Source of the DNA: the human T2T-CHM13v2.0 reference genome, Homo sapiens
DNA length: 64,000 nucleotides
Direction: 5' to 3' (one strand)
NCBI RefSeq assembly: GCF_009914755.1
Contig: NC_060938.1
Below are positions 27,785 through 41,102 of the stretch, piece after piece. The translations under genes were made by a program, and so were the position numbers. Below the pieces are notes generated by a model. The model had not been told where the DNA came from, did no database searches, and saw only the letters and a list, made by a program, of their open reading frames with translations. Each line of letters opens with the position of its first letter. Positions within the stretch are counted from its first letter, which is position 1.

Positions 27785-28423
27785 TAAGATGGACACAACA
27801 GGGGATGTCCTTCCCTAAGCTTAAAATTAAAAGATTTCCTCTAAACTATTTCCTCAAGGGCCTCATTAAGGAGCTTCTTCCTAAAAGTGGCTTCTGTACA
27901 TATACCAGGCATGAGCAAATACCCAAGCCCAGTGTCAGGACAGCTAAAAAGTAATAACAAGCATTTGCAAGGCATGTTAAAACTCACAAAGCAATCTTTC
28001 ACACACGTCTTAGTTAATTCTCACAACATCCCAGTGAGGGGAGAATTAACCCTCTCATTTTACAGAAAGGGACATTAATGCTTAGTGATGTTAAGTGGCT
28101 TGCCCAAGGTCACAAGGCCAGTTAGTAACTAAGAGGCCAAAATTGGGTTTACTGATTCCGAGTCTATTCAAAATAGTTTTCAAGGTCCTAAGTGTTGGGG
28201 GAATTCCAGAAAAACCCAAGGAGCAATTTTGGGAATCAGAGTTATACAAACAGGTCAGGAAAAAGAAAGAAAAAAAGGCTAAAAAAAGAAAAGAAAGAGA
28301 GAGAAGGGCTCAACCCTCGGAGGCCACCACAGATTTGTAGGTTTGAGTTAACCCCGCAGAGAAAGAGAACTCAGTGGCCATGAGGAAATGGGTGACACAG
28401 CACAGAAGATGCAGGCTGCTTAG

Positions 28424-28890
<467 letters not shown>

Positions 28891-29825
28891 TGACCATTAG
28901 CTCTTGAGCTTAGAGGAGATCCACACTAGCCCTCTGATTTACAAATGCGGGAACAAGCCCAGGAAGGGCAGAAGATTTTCCCAAGGTCTCCGAGCACACG
29001 TTGGTCTTCTGGCACGTCACAGCTGAATCAGAGAACAATCTTGGGTCCAAGGGACTTGAATGAGAAGGAAGAAAGACAAAGAGGGGGCCACGTAGCCCAA
29101 AGGAACAAGCAGAAGGCCCGCAGCAGCACACAGAAGCCCAGAGGGGAGGGTGGCAGCGGTGGGAGGGGCTGGAGCAGGAGCCAGGCTCAGAAGGCCAGGG
29201 CAGGCCTTCAGGTGGGCCCACAACCTAGTGGCCAACCTGCATCCTGCCTCAGTTTCCCCAGCTATAAGCCCAGACAGTGAGGTGCAGAAAAACTCATCCT
29301 GGCAAATGAGGTGTTCCACACTGATCTGTCATAAGCACATGGAGTAGGCAGGTAGGCCAAGAGATTTCAGGTTTATTGGACCGACTGTGTGGCAGACACC
29401 CCGCGAATCGTGCTACATTATTTCAGTAAATTCTCCCAACCATCGTAGAAGATGGACATTCATTTTCCCACATCAAGGTCAAAGAAATTGAGTTTCAGGG
29501 AGGTAAAGGGGCTTGCAAAGTTTGTGAGGGCATCAGGATTTACATTCTGCCTAACACCAAATTTAACCCCCCTGCCCCGGGCTCCCCTGACACACACACT
29601 GGGCCACCAGGCACCCTACTCATGTCCCCTCATCCAGCCACCAGACTCTAATCCTCAGGGCACCCAGCACTGCCCCAGTCAGAAACTAGTCTGCACTCCC
29701 CCATAACAGTGCCACACGGCCTCCTTCCTGCCAGCCAAGCCTGAACCCGCCTCTAGGTTCATGATATCATCAGCAGACCTGTCCACAACAGCCCTGCAGG
29801 GAGCCTTGTCCTGTGTCCTCCCTGA

Positions 29826-30242
<417 letters not shown>

Positions 30243-31328
30243 CCAGCACCTAGTTTCTGATTCTGCCTCGTCACTGGGAAAACCCCTTGCCATTTTGTCA
30301 ACCAGGGGGTGCTGCCTTCCCCGCACCTTTGCCCCTAGGAAGGGATGCCTGGGTCTCCCCGGCAGTGGCTCTGGGGCAGCAATCTTTTGATAGTTCCCTC
30401 CGTTCCCTCAGACTTAGAGAGACCACCCACTTGGGAGCAGAGTCCCTGTGCTCCCAACAGGAAAGTTAGTCAAGGTCTTGGGTGGAGGCAGGCAGCACTG
30501 CCACGGGAAACCCGTGGGCTCACTCTCAGTGCAGTAGGTTAAAGGTCATGCCAATCACTCTCAGCATCAGTAGGTTAAAGGTCATGCCAAAAAGTGCCAA
30601 CAGGGCTCCTGTGGAGCCGTGGAGGCTGAGGCAAGGCAGGGTTCTGCTCTGAGGTAGGGAGCCTCTGCCCAGGTGACCACCCACATGCAGGCACATGCTG
30701 CCATACGCTCCCAGCAGTCCTGGCACTCACCACCTGAGGTTGGACCTCCAACAAGAGCTGCCCTGGTGCCCTGGCCCTTCCCTGTCTCCCCACGGACAAA
30801 AACTCAGAGAGATTAGTGCAGGCAGAGGACAGGTGCTGGAAATACCAGGCTGGGAAGGGGTAAGGACAGGCTACCTCCCCTCTCTGAGCCTCTCCTCACC
30901 AACAGAACGGCAACCCTGGCCACCTGTTGTAGGGAGTTGTGAGATGTAAAACAAAATGGATGTAGACAGCCGATTGTAGACGTAAAGCAAAATGGGTGTA
31001 GACAGCTAATTGACTCAACCATACTCTGGGCATGTATTTACTCAATGCTACAATGGGCTGAGTCATGCTCGAGGTGCTGGAGAGATTTCTGCCAAGAAAA
31101 GAGAGAAAAACCCCTGTCCTCCCACATCTGACGCTTTCTTGGGGTAAGAAGAAGAAGAATTCAAATAAATAGGTAAAATACCTAAGACGTTAGTGTTGCA
31201 GAGAAAAATGCCAGGTGGGAGGTGGGGAGGATGTGGAGGGCATGGTTTTAGATGTGGTGGACAGAGAGGGCCCCACTACAAAGGAAAGGGGAGAAGAAGC
31301 CACGGGAGTGTGAGGGGAAGAGTGTTTT

Positions 31329-31765
31329 GATGCGGGTTGAATTGTGTCCTCATGAAGACGTGAGTCCTAACCCCGGACCTATGAATGTGACCTCGTTTGG
31401 AAATAGAGTCTTTGTAGATGTTGTTAGGTTTAGATGACTTCACACTGGATTAGGGAGGACCCTAAATCCAATGGCTGAACCCTTATAAGAAGAAGACAAC
31501 ACAGAGACACACAGACACACACAAGGAAGAAGGCCACGTGATGACTGAGGCGGGGTCAAGGTCATGCAGCTACAAGCCAAGGAAGGCCAAGGATTGCCAA
31601 CAGATATGCTAGCAGAGAGGCACAGAACCTTCTCCCTCAGAGTCTCAGAGGGAACCAATCCTGCCACCTTGATTTTTGGACTTCCAGCTCCTGAGCTATA
31701 AGAGCATAAATTTCTGCTATTTTAAGCCACTCAGTGTGTTATGGAAGCCTTAGAAAACTAACACA
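31329..31765 (+). mobile_element. MaLR LTR (MLT1B/C-like)
   Basis: gggttgaattgtgtcc...aatgtgacctcgtttggaaatagagtctttgtagatg...aaatttctgctattttaagccac...agaaaactaacaca. Confidence 0.85.
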
Positions 31766-31767
31766 GG

Positions 31768-32060
31768 GGCCAGGTGCAGTGGCTCACGCCTGTAATCCCA
31801 GCACTTAGGCCAAGGCAGGAGGATCGCTTGAACCCAGGAGTTGGAGACCAGCCTGGGCAACATGGTGAAACCACGTCTATAAAAAAATACAGAAATTAGC
31901 TGGGTATGGTGGTGCACACCTGTAGTCTCAGCTACTTGGGAGGCTGAGATGGGAGGATTGCAAGAGACCAGGAGGTCGAGGCTGCAGTGAGCTGTGACAC
32001 TACACTCCAGCCTGGGTGACAGAGTGAGACCCTGTCTCAAAAAAAAATAATAATAATAAT
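31768..32060 (+). mobile_element. Alu (AluJ-like) with (TAA)n tail
   Basis: Alu body with J-type gaggtcgaggctgcagtgagc. Confidence 0.94.
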
Positions 32061-32308
32061 TCCAGGGCTCCAGGGAGGGGGATAGCAAGTGCCAAGGCCC
32101 TGAGGTGGGAGCATCTCCAGCACATTTGAGGAAAATACAGTCAGCTGGCAGAGCAGAAGCAGGATGAACACGGGCTGTGAGTGGTGAGGGTGGACACTGG
32201 GGATGTCAGACAGGCTTTGGGGCCAGATCACATAGGGCCACCCTTGTGGCAAGCCCTTGATAAGAGGGAGCTCTTCCACTTTGGACAAGGGTCCCAGTTG
32301 GAATGTGC

Positions 32309-32909
32309 TGTAGTGAGTGGGTGTGGTTGGCCCCCATGATCTCTGTTCCTGGGGTTACACCTTTGAATATGTTATATTAAATAGCAAAAGGAAATTAGGG
32401 TTACCGATGGAGTTAAGGTTGCTAATCAGTTGACCTTAAAATAGAGAGATGGTCCTGGATTATCTTGGTGGGCCCAGGGTCATGACATAGGCCCCTAAAA
32501 GTAGAAGAGGGAGGCAAGGGAGTGAGTCAGGGAGACAGACAGCCAAAGAGGCAGGCAGAGGGGAGATCCAAACATGGAGTCCACCTGCTGCTGCTGGCCT
32601 TGAAGATGGAGGAAGGTGGCCTCAAGCCAAGGAATGAGGGCAGCTCCTGATATGGCCCTCAAGTGACAGCTAGCAAGGAAATGGGGCCTCCGTCTTACAA
32701 TTGCAAGGGACTGAATTCTGCAGATAACCTGAATGAGCGAGGAAACCGAGCCCCCCTAGAGCCCCAGGAGCCTGCTGACACCTTGATTTCAGCCTGGTGA
32801 GACCCGTTTCAGATGTGTGACCTATACAACTGTACAGAAATAAATGTGTGTTGTTTTAACCTGCTAATTTTGTGATCGTGTGTCATGGCAGCCATAGAAA
32901 ACGAATACA
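32309..32909 (+). mobile_element. MaLR LTR (MLT1D/E-like)
   Basis: gttaaggttgctaatcagttgaccttaaaatag...gccttgaagatggagg...aaataaatgtgtgttgttttaa...atagaaaacgaataca. Confidence 0.85.
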
Positions 32910-33102
32910 GTGGATAAAGAGGTGGGGTGTGCAGAGAGGAAGAGATCCAGAGGAGAGGGAGCGACCAGGCAGGAGCAGCCTGCTGGAAGCCACCACCACA
33001 GGGTCACAGCTCCCCAGACACACCCCAGCCACCCCACTCAGGGCTCAGCACTGCCTTCAGGCCCCTTGTTGCCCATGTTGTGACAAAGCCTGCCTAGGGT
33101 TG

Positions 33103-33215
33103 TTGTTTTTTTTTTTTTTTTTGAGATGGAGTTTCACTCTTGTCACCCCAGCTGGAGTGCAATGGTGCCATCTCAGCTCACTGCAACCTCCACCTCCTGG
33201 GTTCAAGTGATTCTT
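33103..33215 (-). mobile_element. Truncated Alu (3' part of the right arm)
   Basis: Poly-T plus about 95 nt of reverse Alu; flanking aagcctg..tagg repeats. Confidence 0.9.
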
Positions 33216-33466
33216 CTCAAGCCTGTGTAGGATGTCTCCAGGGCTCAGCCTCTAGGTCCTCAGGTCTAGAGCAAACCCAGTGGAGGTCCCTCCCATTCTT
33301 GACACCTCCCCTTAACCTCCTCTTCCCTAGGGCTGGTGACAATGGTCCTGGTGGAATAACTGTATCCCAAGCCAGCCAAAGCCACTACTGGACCTGCTGA
33401 CCACTGAGGCTGAGTCTGGGCTCTGATTTCTTCCCAGAACAGGTCTACACCTGTTCTGTGTACATG

Positions 33467-33475
33467 CACACACAC

Positions 33476-33513
<38 letters not shown>
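33467..33513. repeat. Interrupted (CA)n microsatellite
   Basis: Read directly from the sequence. Confidence 0.96.
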
Positions 33514-33515
<2 letters not shown>

Positions 33516-33789
33516 CAGTTTCCTCTCTCTGCTTGTTGCCACCTCCTCCCATCCACCCAAGTCCTCACAGCAAAGAGATCCTGCCCATTGACAGCTATCA
33601 TGTATTGAACACTAATTCATATCAGGCACCACACTAAGTGTTCTACTCACATGGTCTCATTTAATCTTTCCTGTCATCCTATCAGGTGGACACTATTGGC
33701 TCAGAGAGGTTAGGATGAGTGCCTGTTAACACACAGCTGGTGAGTGCTAAATCCAGAATTAGAATGCACCAAAGCCCGGGCTCTAACCC

Positions 33790-33942
33790 TCTCTACTCAA
33801 AATATGGTCCGTGGCCCAGTAGCATCAGCATCCCGTGGGACCACGTTAGAGCTGATCATCCTAGACCTGCCGAATCAGAACCTGCATGTTGACAAGTTCC
33901 CAGGTGACTTACCTACTGGTTTCAGTTTGAGAAGTGCTGGTC
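33790..33942. mobile_element. MER5-like hAT-Charlie element
   Basis: ctactcaaaatatggtcc...gcatcagcatc...gaatcagaacctgcat...agtttgagaagtgctg. Confidence 0.75.
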
Positions 33943-36933
33943 TAAACCACTGCTTTCCAAAGCCTGCTGGTTGCAGGTTCCTGTAACCAGCCCTCTCCCA
34001 TCTCTCCAGGCCCTTCCCAGCTGCCTGGCTTTTGATCTCCAGGTGAGGCAGGTACTCTGCCCAGCCTTGGGGAAGAAGCCAGGACATGAGGCTCAAGGGA
34101 GTCTCCAGGCCCCTCCAGTCAGCCCAGACAACAGCTGGACAGCATCAGTCCACATCTGGCCCTCTGTAGGGCACCCTGCCTGCTGCCTGGGACACTCCTG
34201 GCCTCTCCCTCTGGTCTTCCTCCAGGACACAAGTCTCTCGGTCTCTGCCTGCTCTCCTAAAGAGGGCCTCTGGCCATCACCAATCCCTGCAGTGTTCCCC
34301 TCCCCAGACATTTCCCTCCCCAACTCCTAGAATGCCCCCTGTGTCATGTCACCACCTCTATCTGGACACACAGGGCTTGTCCAAGTTGCTATCAGGAGAG
34401 AGGCCAGCAACTGCTTGAGAAACCTGGCCAAGGTCACAGGAAATGTCTGACACCACCAGGCAAGCAGGATTTGGCCTCCTAAAGCAAAACACAGCTGGGC
34501 CAGCAGCTGGGCCAACAGTAGGGCACTCCCAGATTTCATGGCATTGAGGCCCCAGGGCACAGAGAGACTAGGCTGGCCTGGAGGCTGCAGCTCATTAAGA
34601 ACATCACAGTAGCCCCTGGCCAGGGAGCCTGTGAAAGTCAAAGAGGACAGCCCTGCTGTGGGCCAGAGACCTCACCCAGGACCTTGGCCCTCCACTGCCT
34701 GTCACACACAGGAAACCTTCACTGGGGGATAGAAGGCTCACACTGCCCATCCTCCTGGCCTTGCAGCCTCCCCTCTCCCCATCACCTAGCCTCATTTATT
34801 TATCCATTTAACTTACACTGATTGAGCACAGAAGTGTGCCAGGCATGGTGTTAGGTACCAGGGACACAATTTTGAATGAGCAGAACACAGTCCCTGTGAG
34901 CTCCCGGGTAGCTCCTGGTCCAGTGAGCAAATGGACAGATCATCTGAAGGCAGGGTGAAAAGTGCTGCGCTAGGGAAAAATGGAGAACCCACCATGGGAA
35001 CCGGCAGGGGCCTCACCTCCTCCTGCCCTCTGAGCAACACATGGGGTGGTGCCCTTGGCTGCAGGTACAGCTGAGGGTTCAGCGCCAAGTAGGCCCTTTT
35101 GTTAGGCTAACTGTAGTTTGGACCCAGTGTCAGAGCAAATATGGACTGAGCATTTTTGATGGGCCAGGCACTATGCAGGGGGGCTGTAGAGAAATCCAGA
35201 GCACAGGCCACTGGGTCTACAAGCAGCTGGGGGTGCAGGGCGCAGATGCATGCCAGAGAGTAAGTGCTGCAGGGGCCAGAGAGCCTAGTGAATGTGATTC
35301 ACCTTGAAGAATGGGGAGGAGTCAGACTGGTGGGAAGATGCAGCAGGGGACTTCAAACGGCTCTGACTCAAGATTCAAGAGTGTGAGAGGCAGAGTGACT
35401 TGCCCAGCAACCCCTGCTCCTAGCACACACCTACATGGGATCAGTGCATCATAAATAAATGAATCCCACAAGCCAAAAGAGATGGGGGAAGCTCTGCTGG
35501 AAGGACTCTGTGCCCACCCCTGCCCTGGCTGGCCCTTGAACTGGCACCTCTAGTATTCCTCCAGGTGCCTTACACCAGGCTTACCACCTAGGACCCTCAG
35601 CCAGGACCGATCAGAACAAGGCACCGGCACTGCCCACCTGCTCACTGCCAATCCCAGGCCCTCATTGTTATCCACCTGGGACCCTTAGCTCTGCTCCTTG
35701 TTTCTGCTGCAGCACCCCTGGGCCTTGGCTGCAGGGTTTGGCTCTTTTGCTCTTGACCTTGGAGTTCCCTAGGCCCTTGACCTGAGTCCATCCTTTCTTT
35801 CTTCCTGCTCCTAGCTGCCCTTGGAAAACATCTGCTTGGGTGACCAGGGCCCCGGAACCCAGCTCACCAAGATCCTGGTCCGCCTGACCTCACCCACTCT
35901 CAGAGTTCCTGGACACCCTCAACCTCCTTTCTTTGCTCTCCCTCCAACTCAGCCAGTCTCTCCTAACCTTTCCTGCTGGAACCTAACCTCAAGGTCGGCC
36001 TCCTCTCCCTGGTTCTCCTGGGCTCTGAAAGAGCAAATCCTCTTTCCCTTTAGTTCAGCAAGGCAAGGTTGCAACATTTCAGAAAGAACTTCTTAAGCAG
36101 AAAGCGAATGGAAAAACTAACCTGAAAAACGAAAAGGAAAACACAGTCCCCTAGAAATGGACTCGTTTATAAAGTTCAGATTTCCTGTCCTGAGCTAGAA
36201 AAAGTCTAGCCAGATGGGCTGGCAAGCAGGCCAGGGAATCCTGCCCATGAACACTCCCCTTGTTCACTTTTCTTTCTACTCCCTTCTCCCACATGCTCCT
36301 TCTTCTCCCCTCTAAGGAGAGAGGCTGAAGCTGGGTGCCGAGGAAACCGAAGGGTCTTCTTCTGGCAGAGGAGTCCTTCCTACATCACAGGGACCACAGG
36401 CAGAGGAGGAGGAGGTCAGGATGGGGTGTGGGAGAACAAGTATAAAGAGCTTCCATATGTGCCAGGCACTGTTCTAAGCACTTTCTTTATATTGACTAAT
36501 TTAATCTTTACGACAATTCATAGCACAGGTATTATCATTGTCCCACCTTACTGATGCAGAATCCGAGGCACAGAGAGGTAAGTGACTCGCCTGGGGTGGC
36601 CCACCTGGGAAATGGCAAAGCCAGGCTGTGAACCAAGAAGCCGTGGTCCCAGGTACACGCCCTCCTCAGCTTTCTTTCAGGCACTCGAGGGCAAAGACTT
36701 CGCTTCCCTCCTCCTCTTCCCACCCCAGGCTGGCAAAGCCCATGCCAGCCCCAACACCTACTCTCCTGCTCATATCTCTGGCCATGCCAGGGAAAGCCAA
36801 GGAGGGTGGGGAGGAGAGAAGGGAGGACTCTGCGGCCTTCTCCACCAGCCTTCACCAAACGGTCCAAAGGAAGAAGCCCCTCCAAAAAGAGACTGAGCCC
36901 CAGACCCCAAGCCCCATGGAGAAGGGGACTTAC

Positions 36934-37198
36934 CCAGCTGGTGGCGACTGTGGTGCGGGCGGCGACTGTGGTGCTGGCGGCTGTGCTCTGGCCAAGGTGC
37001 CCTCTCCAGCCGCACTGCTCCTGCGCAGGTTGGGTGAACGCTCGGCCCAGCGTCGAGGTGCCAGCCTGGAGTTCTGGGGGTCAAATTCCTCATCGGGAAT
37101 GACCTCCTCGCAGCGGGCTCCACGGAAACCAGAGCGGCAGACACAGAGCTGCGGGCGGCTGCAGGAGCCCCGGTTCTGGCACGGCGGCTCGCAAACGG
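36934..37198 (-). CDS. LTBP2: LTBP2 exon 3 (265 nt), EGF-like domain [29 protein letters not shown] plus Pro-rich linker
   Basis: Acceptor tgtcctcag|CC, donor GG|GTAAGT at 36933. Lies in ORF 36930..37370; six-Cys EGF spacing; phase 1 to 2. Confidence 0.98.
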
Positions 37199-38319
37199 CT
37201 GAGGACACAGGGAGAGAGGTGACAGCAGTGGCCATAGGGCACTGAGACCACAGCTGCCCACACCTTCCTGTCAGAAGGGCCCTCCTGAGTGCTGCAACCC
37301 TGTCGCTCAAGCAGGAAGCCACTCTCCTGGCCTCAGGGGGCTCCCTGACCCATGTCTCTCCCACCTCCATCCACAGACCCCCAGGACTTGTTCACCTCTG
37401 ATCTCTGGACAACCAAAGACTATATGGCCAGCTGCAGAGTGGCTCACACCACCACGTCCCACAGCACACCCTGAAGAGGAAGTGCACTGCCTGACACTGT
37501 GTCTATACTGAAATGTTCACTCCCACCAGACTGGAAGCCCCCTGAGGACAGACAGCGGCCCCGGAACTTTGACTAGGGATTGCCACAGAGTAGATTCTCA
37601 GTAAACATGGAGCGAATGGATGAATGAATCAGTCTCTTTTGCGGGAAAGGGCCCAACACTGGCCTGAAATTCAAGCGGTTTGAGTTGCTGGGGTTTTCCT
37701 GTCACTTGTGAGCTGCATGGTCTTGACTTCACTGAGCCTCTATTTGCGCCTAAATCACGGGAGGGGTGAACTAAGGAGGCTGGAGGACTCTAAGGGTCCT
37801 TCAAAGGCACCTTCAGCTTGACGGTCTCTCCTCTCCTTCCCATTGTTCTCCATCTCCCACCCTCCTTAGCAAGGCAGAACTCTCGACTGCGGCCAGAGAA
37901 AGCACGGTGGCCAGAATATAGCTGCCGGCACCACAGCCGCTGCCGGCCAGGTAAGTGCCCCGCTCTGTGGGGCCTCTGTTCAGGCTCAGGCTCTCTCTGG
38001 ATTCTGCCTCCTGGGCTGTGGGTCCAGCCGGAGGCAAGGTGGAGCTGAAACCAGGCCCTCCTCCCGGTTAGCCCTATGCAGCATTAGCCACCAGCTCCCC
38101 AGGCTGACTCCTCTCTTCACTGTCCTTCACCCCCTTGCAAAGTCCAGAGCCACATCCCATGATTAATGGCCAAGGGAACATTCCACGCAGAGGCACACAC
38201 TGGGATATGGAGTCCGGCCCCTCCCCCACCAGGACCTCCACTGGGGAACACATGTGAGCCCCGGAAGCATGGTCTGGCTCACACCGCACCCTCGAAACCC
38301 AATGCCTCATCCATCTGTC

Positions 38320-38790
38320 GCTCATTCATTCAACAAATAGCTGTTGAGCCCTAGTGAATGTCAGGCACTGGGACAAAGTCCTTGTCCATCTGGGGCTTGC
38401 GGTCGAGTAAAGGACACCAACAGGAAGCAAGAAAACAATAGCATGATGTGGCCTCAGGCAGTTTCAAGGGCTGTGAAGACAACCCAGGTGATGCAGGGGT
38501 CCAGGCCGAACCAGGAGACTCAGATGGGGCGGCCAGGGCACCTCTCTGAAGAGAGAGATGGGAGCGTGCAAAGGAAGCGAACCCCCAAAGGCCTGGGCAG
38601 TTTCCCAAGCAGAGGACGAGGCGAAGACCAGGCTGTGGAGGCTGGAAGGAACGTGGCATACTCGAGAAGCCGCCAGAGACCCAGGAAGGCCAGGGTCTGG
38701 TGGCGGAGGAGGTGTAGGCAAGGTCAGTGAGGAAGAGGAGGCAGATACACAGACCCTGTCATCTCAGGGATCCTAAGGGCACCTGTGAAA
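38320..38790 (-). mobile_element. L2 fragment
   Basis: ctcattcattcaacaaatagctgttgagc...caggcactggga is the reverse L2 3' end. Confidence 0.65.
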
Positions 38791-39279
38791 CTACCAGGCA
38801 CAGCTACCCAGAGCAGGTTCCTGGGTTTTGTGAGCTGAACTCTCCTTTCTGAGAAGAGTACCAGAATCCAAACCAGGGGCTGGCCGGGATAAACATCTCC
38901 AAAATTCCACCTGGCCCATGTCACAGAGACCTTCAATGGCTCCCTGATGTCTTCAGGATTCAAGTCCATAGACGAGCGCTGAAGACCCTCCTGGTCTCAT
39001 CCCCTCTAACATTCCTCTAAGCCAATGTGCTCCAGCCGAGCTGGCCTGCTGGCTGTGGCCCCAGGTAGCCTCTGCTCTGTCTTCTCTCTGTCTTTGCATG
39101 TGCTATGTCCTCTCTTCTTTCCCACTTGCTCTCCATTTACCTGGCTCCTACTGTTCCCTCAAGACCCACTTCCCCATGCTGGACACCCACCTCTCAGCAG
39201 CTGCTCCCTCCTTTGATTAACAGGAAAAACACTTGTCGTGTTTGCCATTCACTGGGCGTGCCCTGCATACTGCCATTAG

Positions 39280-39600
39280 TTTTTGTTGTTGTTGTTTTTG
39301 TTTTTTGGGTTTTTGTTTTGAGACGGAGTTTCACTCTTGTTGCCCAGGCTGGATGCAATGACGCGATCTCGGCTCACCACAAACTCCGCCTCCCAGATTC
39401 AAGTGATTCTCCTGCCTCAGCCTCCCGAGTAGCTGGGATTACAGGCGCCTGACACCATGCCCTGCTAATTTTGTATTTTTATTGGAGACGGAGTTTCTCC
39501 ATGTTGGTCAGGCTGGTCTGAAACTCCCGACCTCAGGTGATCCGCCCACCTCGGCCTCCCAAAGTGCTGGGATTACAGGTGTGAGCCGCCGCACGAGGCC
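39280..39600 (-). mobile_element. Alu (AluSp-like)
   Basis: Reverse Alu with gagtttcactcttgtt and tttctccatgttggtc; TSD ctgccattagttttt. Confidence 0.95.
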
Positions 39601-41102
39601 GCTGCCATTAGTTTTTTTATGCATGTGTCTCAATTTCCTGACTCATATAGTCAGCCCCTTGAAGTGTAGTGACTGTCTCTTACACCTCTTTGTAACTTTA
39701 GCTCCTAACATATGCCTAACAATAACATGATTATTATTATTTTTATTATGGCAGATACTGTCTGATGAGTGTGACAATAGGCCTGGCACCGTGCTCTGCA
39801 TACACGCTCTCACTGAAGCCTCTCGACAATTCTATGCAGCAGGTGTGACTATGATTCCCATTTTACAGATAATGCTGCTGAAGCTCAGAGAGGTTAAGAG
39901 ACTTGCCTGAGGTCACCCAGCTAGTTAATGGTGGAGCCAGGATTCAAATCTAGTTCTATGTGACTGAGAAGCCCAGGCTCTTTCCACCCCCACTGACTCC
40001 CAGAAGGGTGGGCATGGTTCTTCTTCTTCCTCTCTACTATTTCTGAGCCTTGGCCCAGAGCTGATAAGGAAATAAAGGGGATCTGTTGGCTTCAAGTCAG
40101 CCACCAAATGCACCCTTGGGAACTCTGCCCTGAGAAACTGCACATCTCAATTGGCCCTGACAGTGGAGACCCCAGGACCACACACCCTTCCAAAGCCCAC
40201 ACAGAATTTTTAAATAATGATGGAGGATGTACGTCATCTCATGGGCTTATCCAATGAGCATTCGTAGAGCACTCACTGGATGTGAAGCTTGTGATAGTGT
40301 CTCCAGCACACTGTCTGACACGGAAAGTAGAACACACAAGTTATATGACAAGTGCTATGTCAGCTGGACCCTCTAACCCAGGCTGAGGCAGGGAGTAGGG
40401 AAAGTCAGGGAAGGCTTCTTGGAGGAGGTGATGCTGACCAGAGACACAAAGGATGAATAAATTGGACATTGTGCACCAAGGGCACTCAAGACCAGTCTAT
40501 CAGCAGAGAGCATGGGAAATAACAGGTTTTAATAGCATTCCAACCACAAGTTGGGCTCTGAGGCCAGAGCATTTTTCTTCATGCCCAGGCACCTCTTCCT
40601 GGCAGGCTCCAGGCCTCTAGGTAAAACCATGTCAGAGAATTGTAACCCAGAGCACTTCCCCAAACACAAACTGCCACCACGGCAGGATTTTGGCCTGGCC
40701 ACCCCTCCATCTGCCCAAGCATACTTAGTCCCCACCTGACCACCTGCCAGGCCCCTGTCACCACCACCACTGGAAACATGGTCAGCTGGGGCCAGCCCAG
40801 CAGCCACGCCAGTGCTAGTGAACATGGAGGAAGCAGATGTGCCCAGGGCAGGTCTCGGCCTTGGGGTTTTTTTAGGGAGGGAATAGAATGGGAAGGCCTG
40901 AGTGATCTCCCACATGGACCCACACCTCTCTGCCACAGAGACCCAAAGCCCGGCGTGGGTGAGAGGAAGGTCATGCAGCTTCCACCTCTGAGTGTGTGGT
41001 CCTTGCCCCGAGGATGGCCTTTGGAAAACAGTCTAGCTTCCATCCTTCCCCTCCTGAGCCCTGAGAACAGCCCATCCTTCACATTAACAATAAGATCCTT
41101 CA

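Noticed and set aside
30520-31012. 36-bp repeats resembling a CRISPR array
   Set aside because: Two unrelated two-copy tandem duplications with no spacers and no cas genes, in human DNA.
37948-37956. Perfect plus-strand donor CAG|GTAAGT suggesting an antisense exon
   Set aside because: About one such 9-mer is expected by chance, another lies in MIR-like sequence near 55170, and I see no supporting acceptor or promoter.
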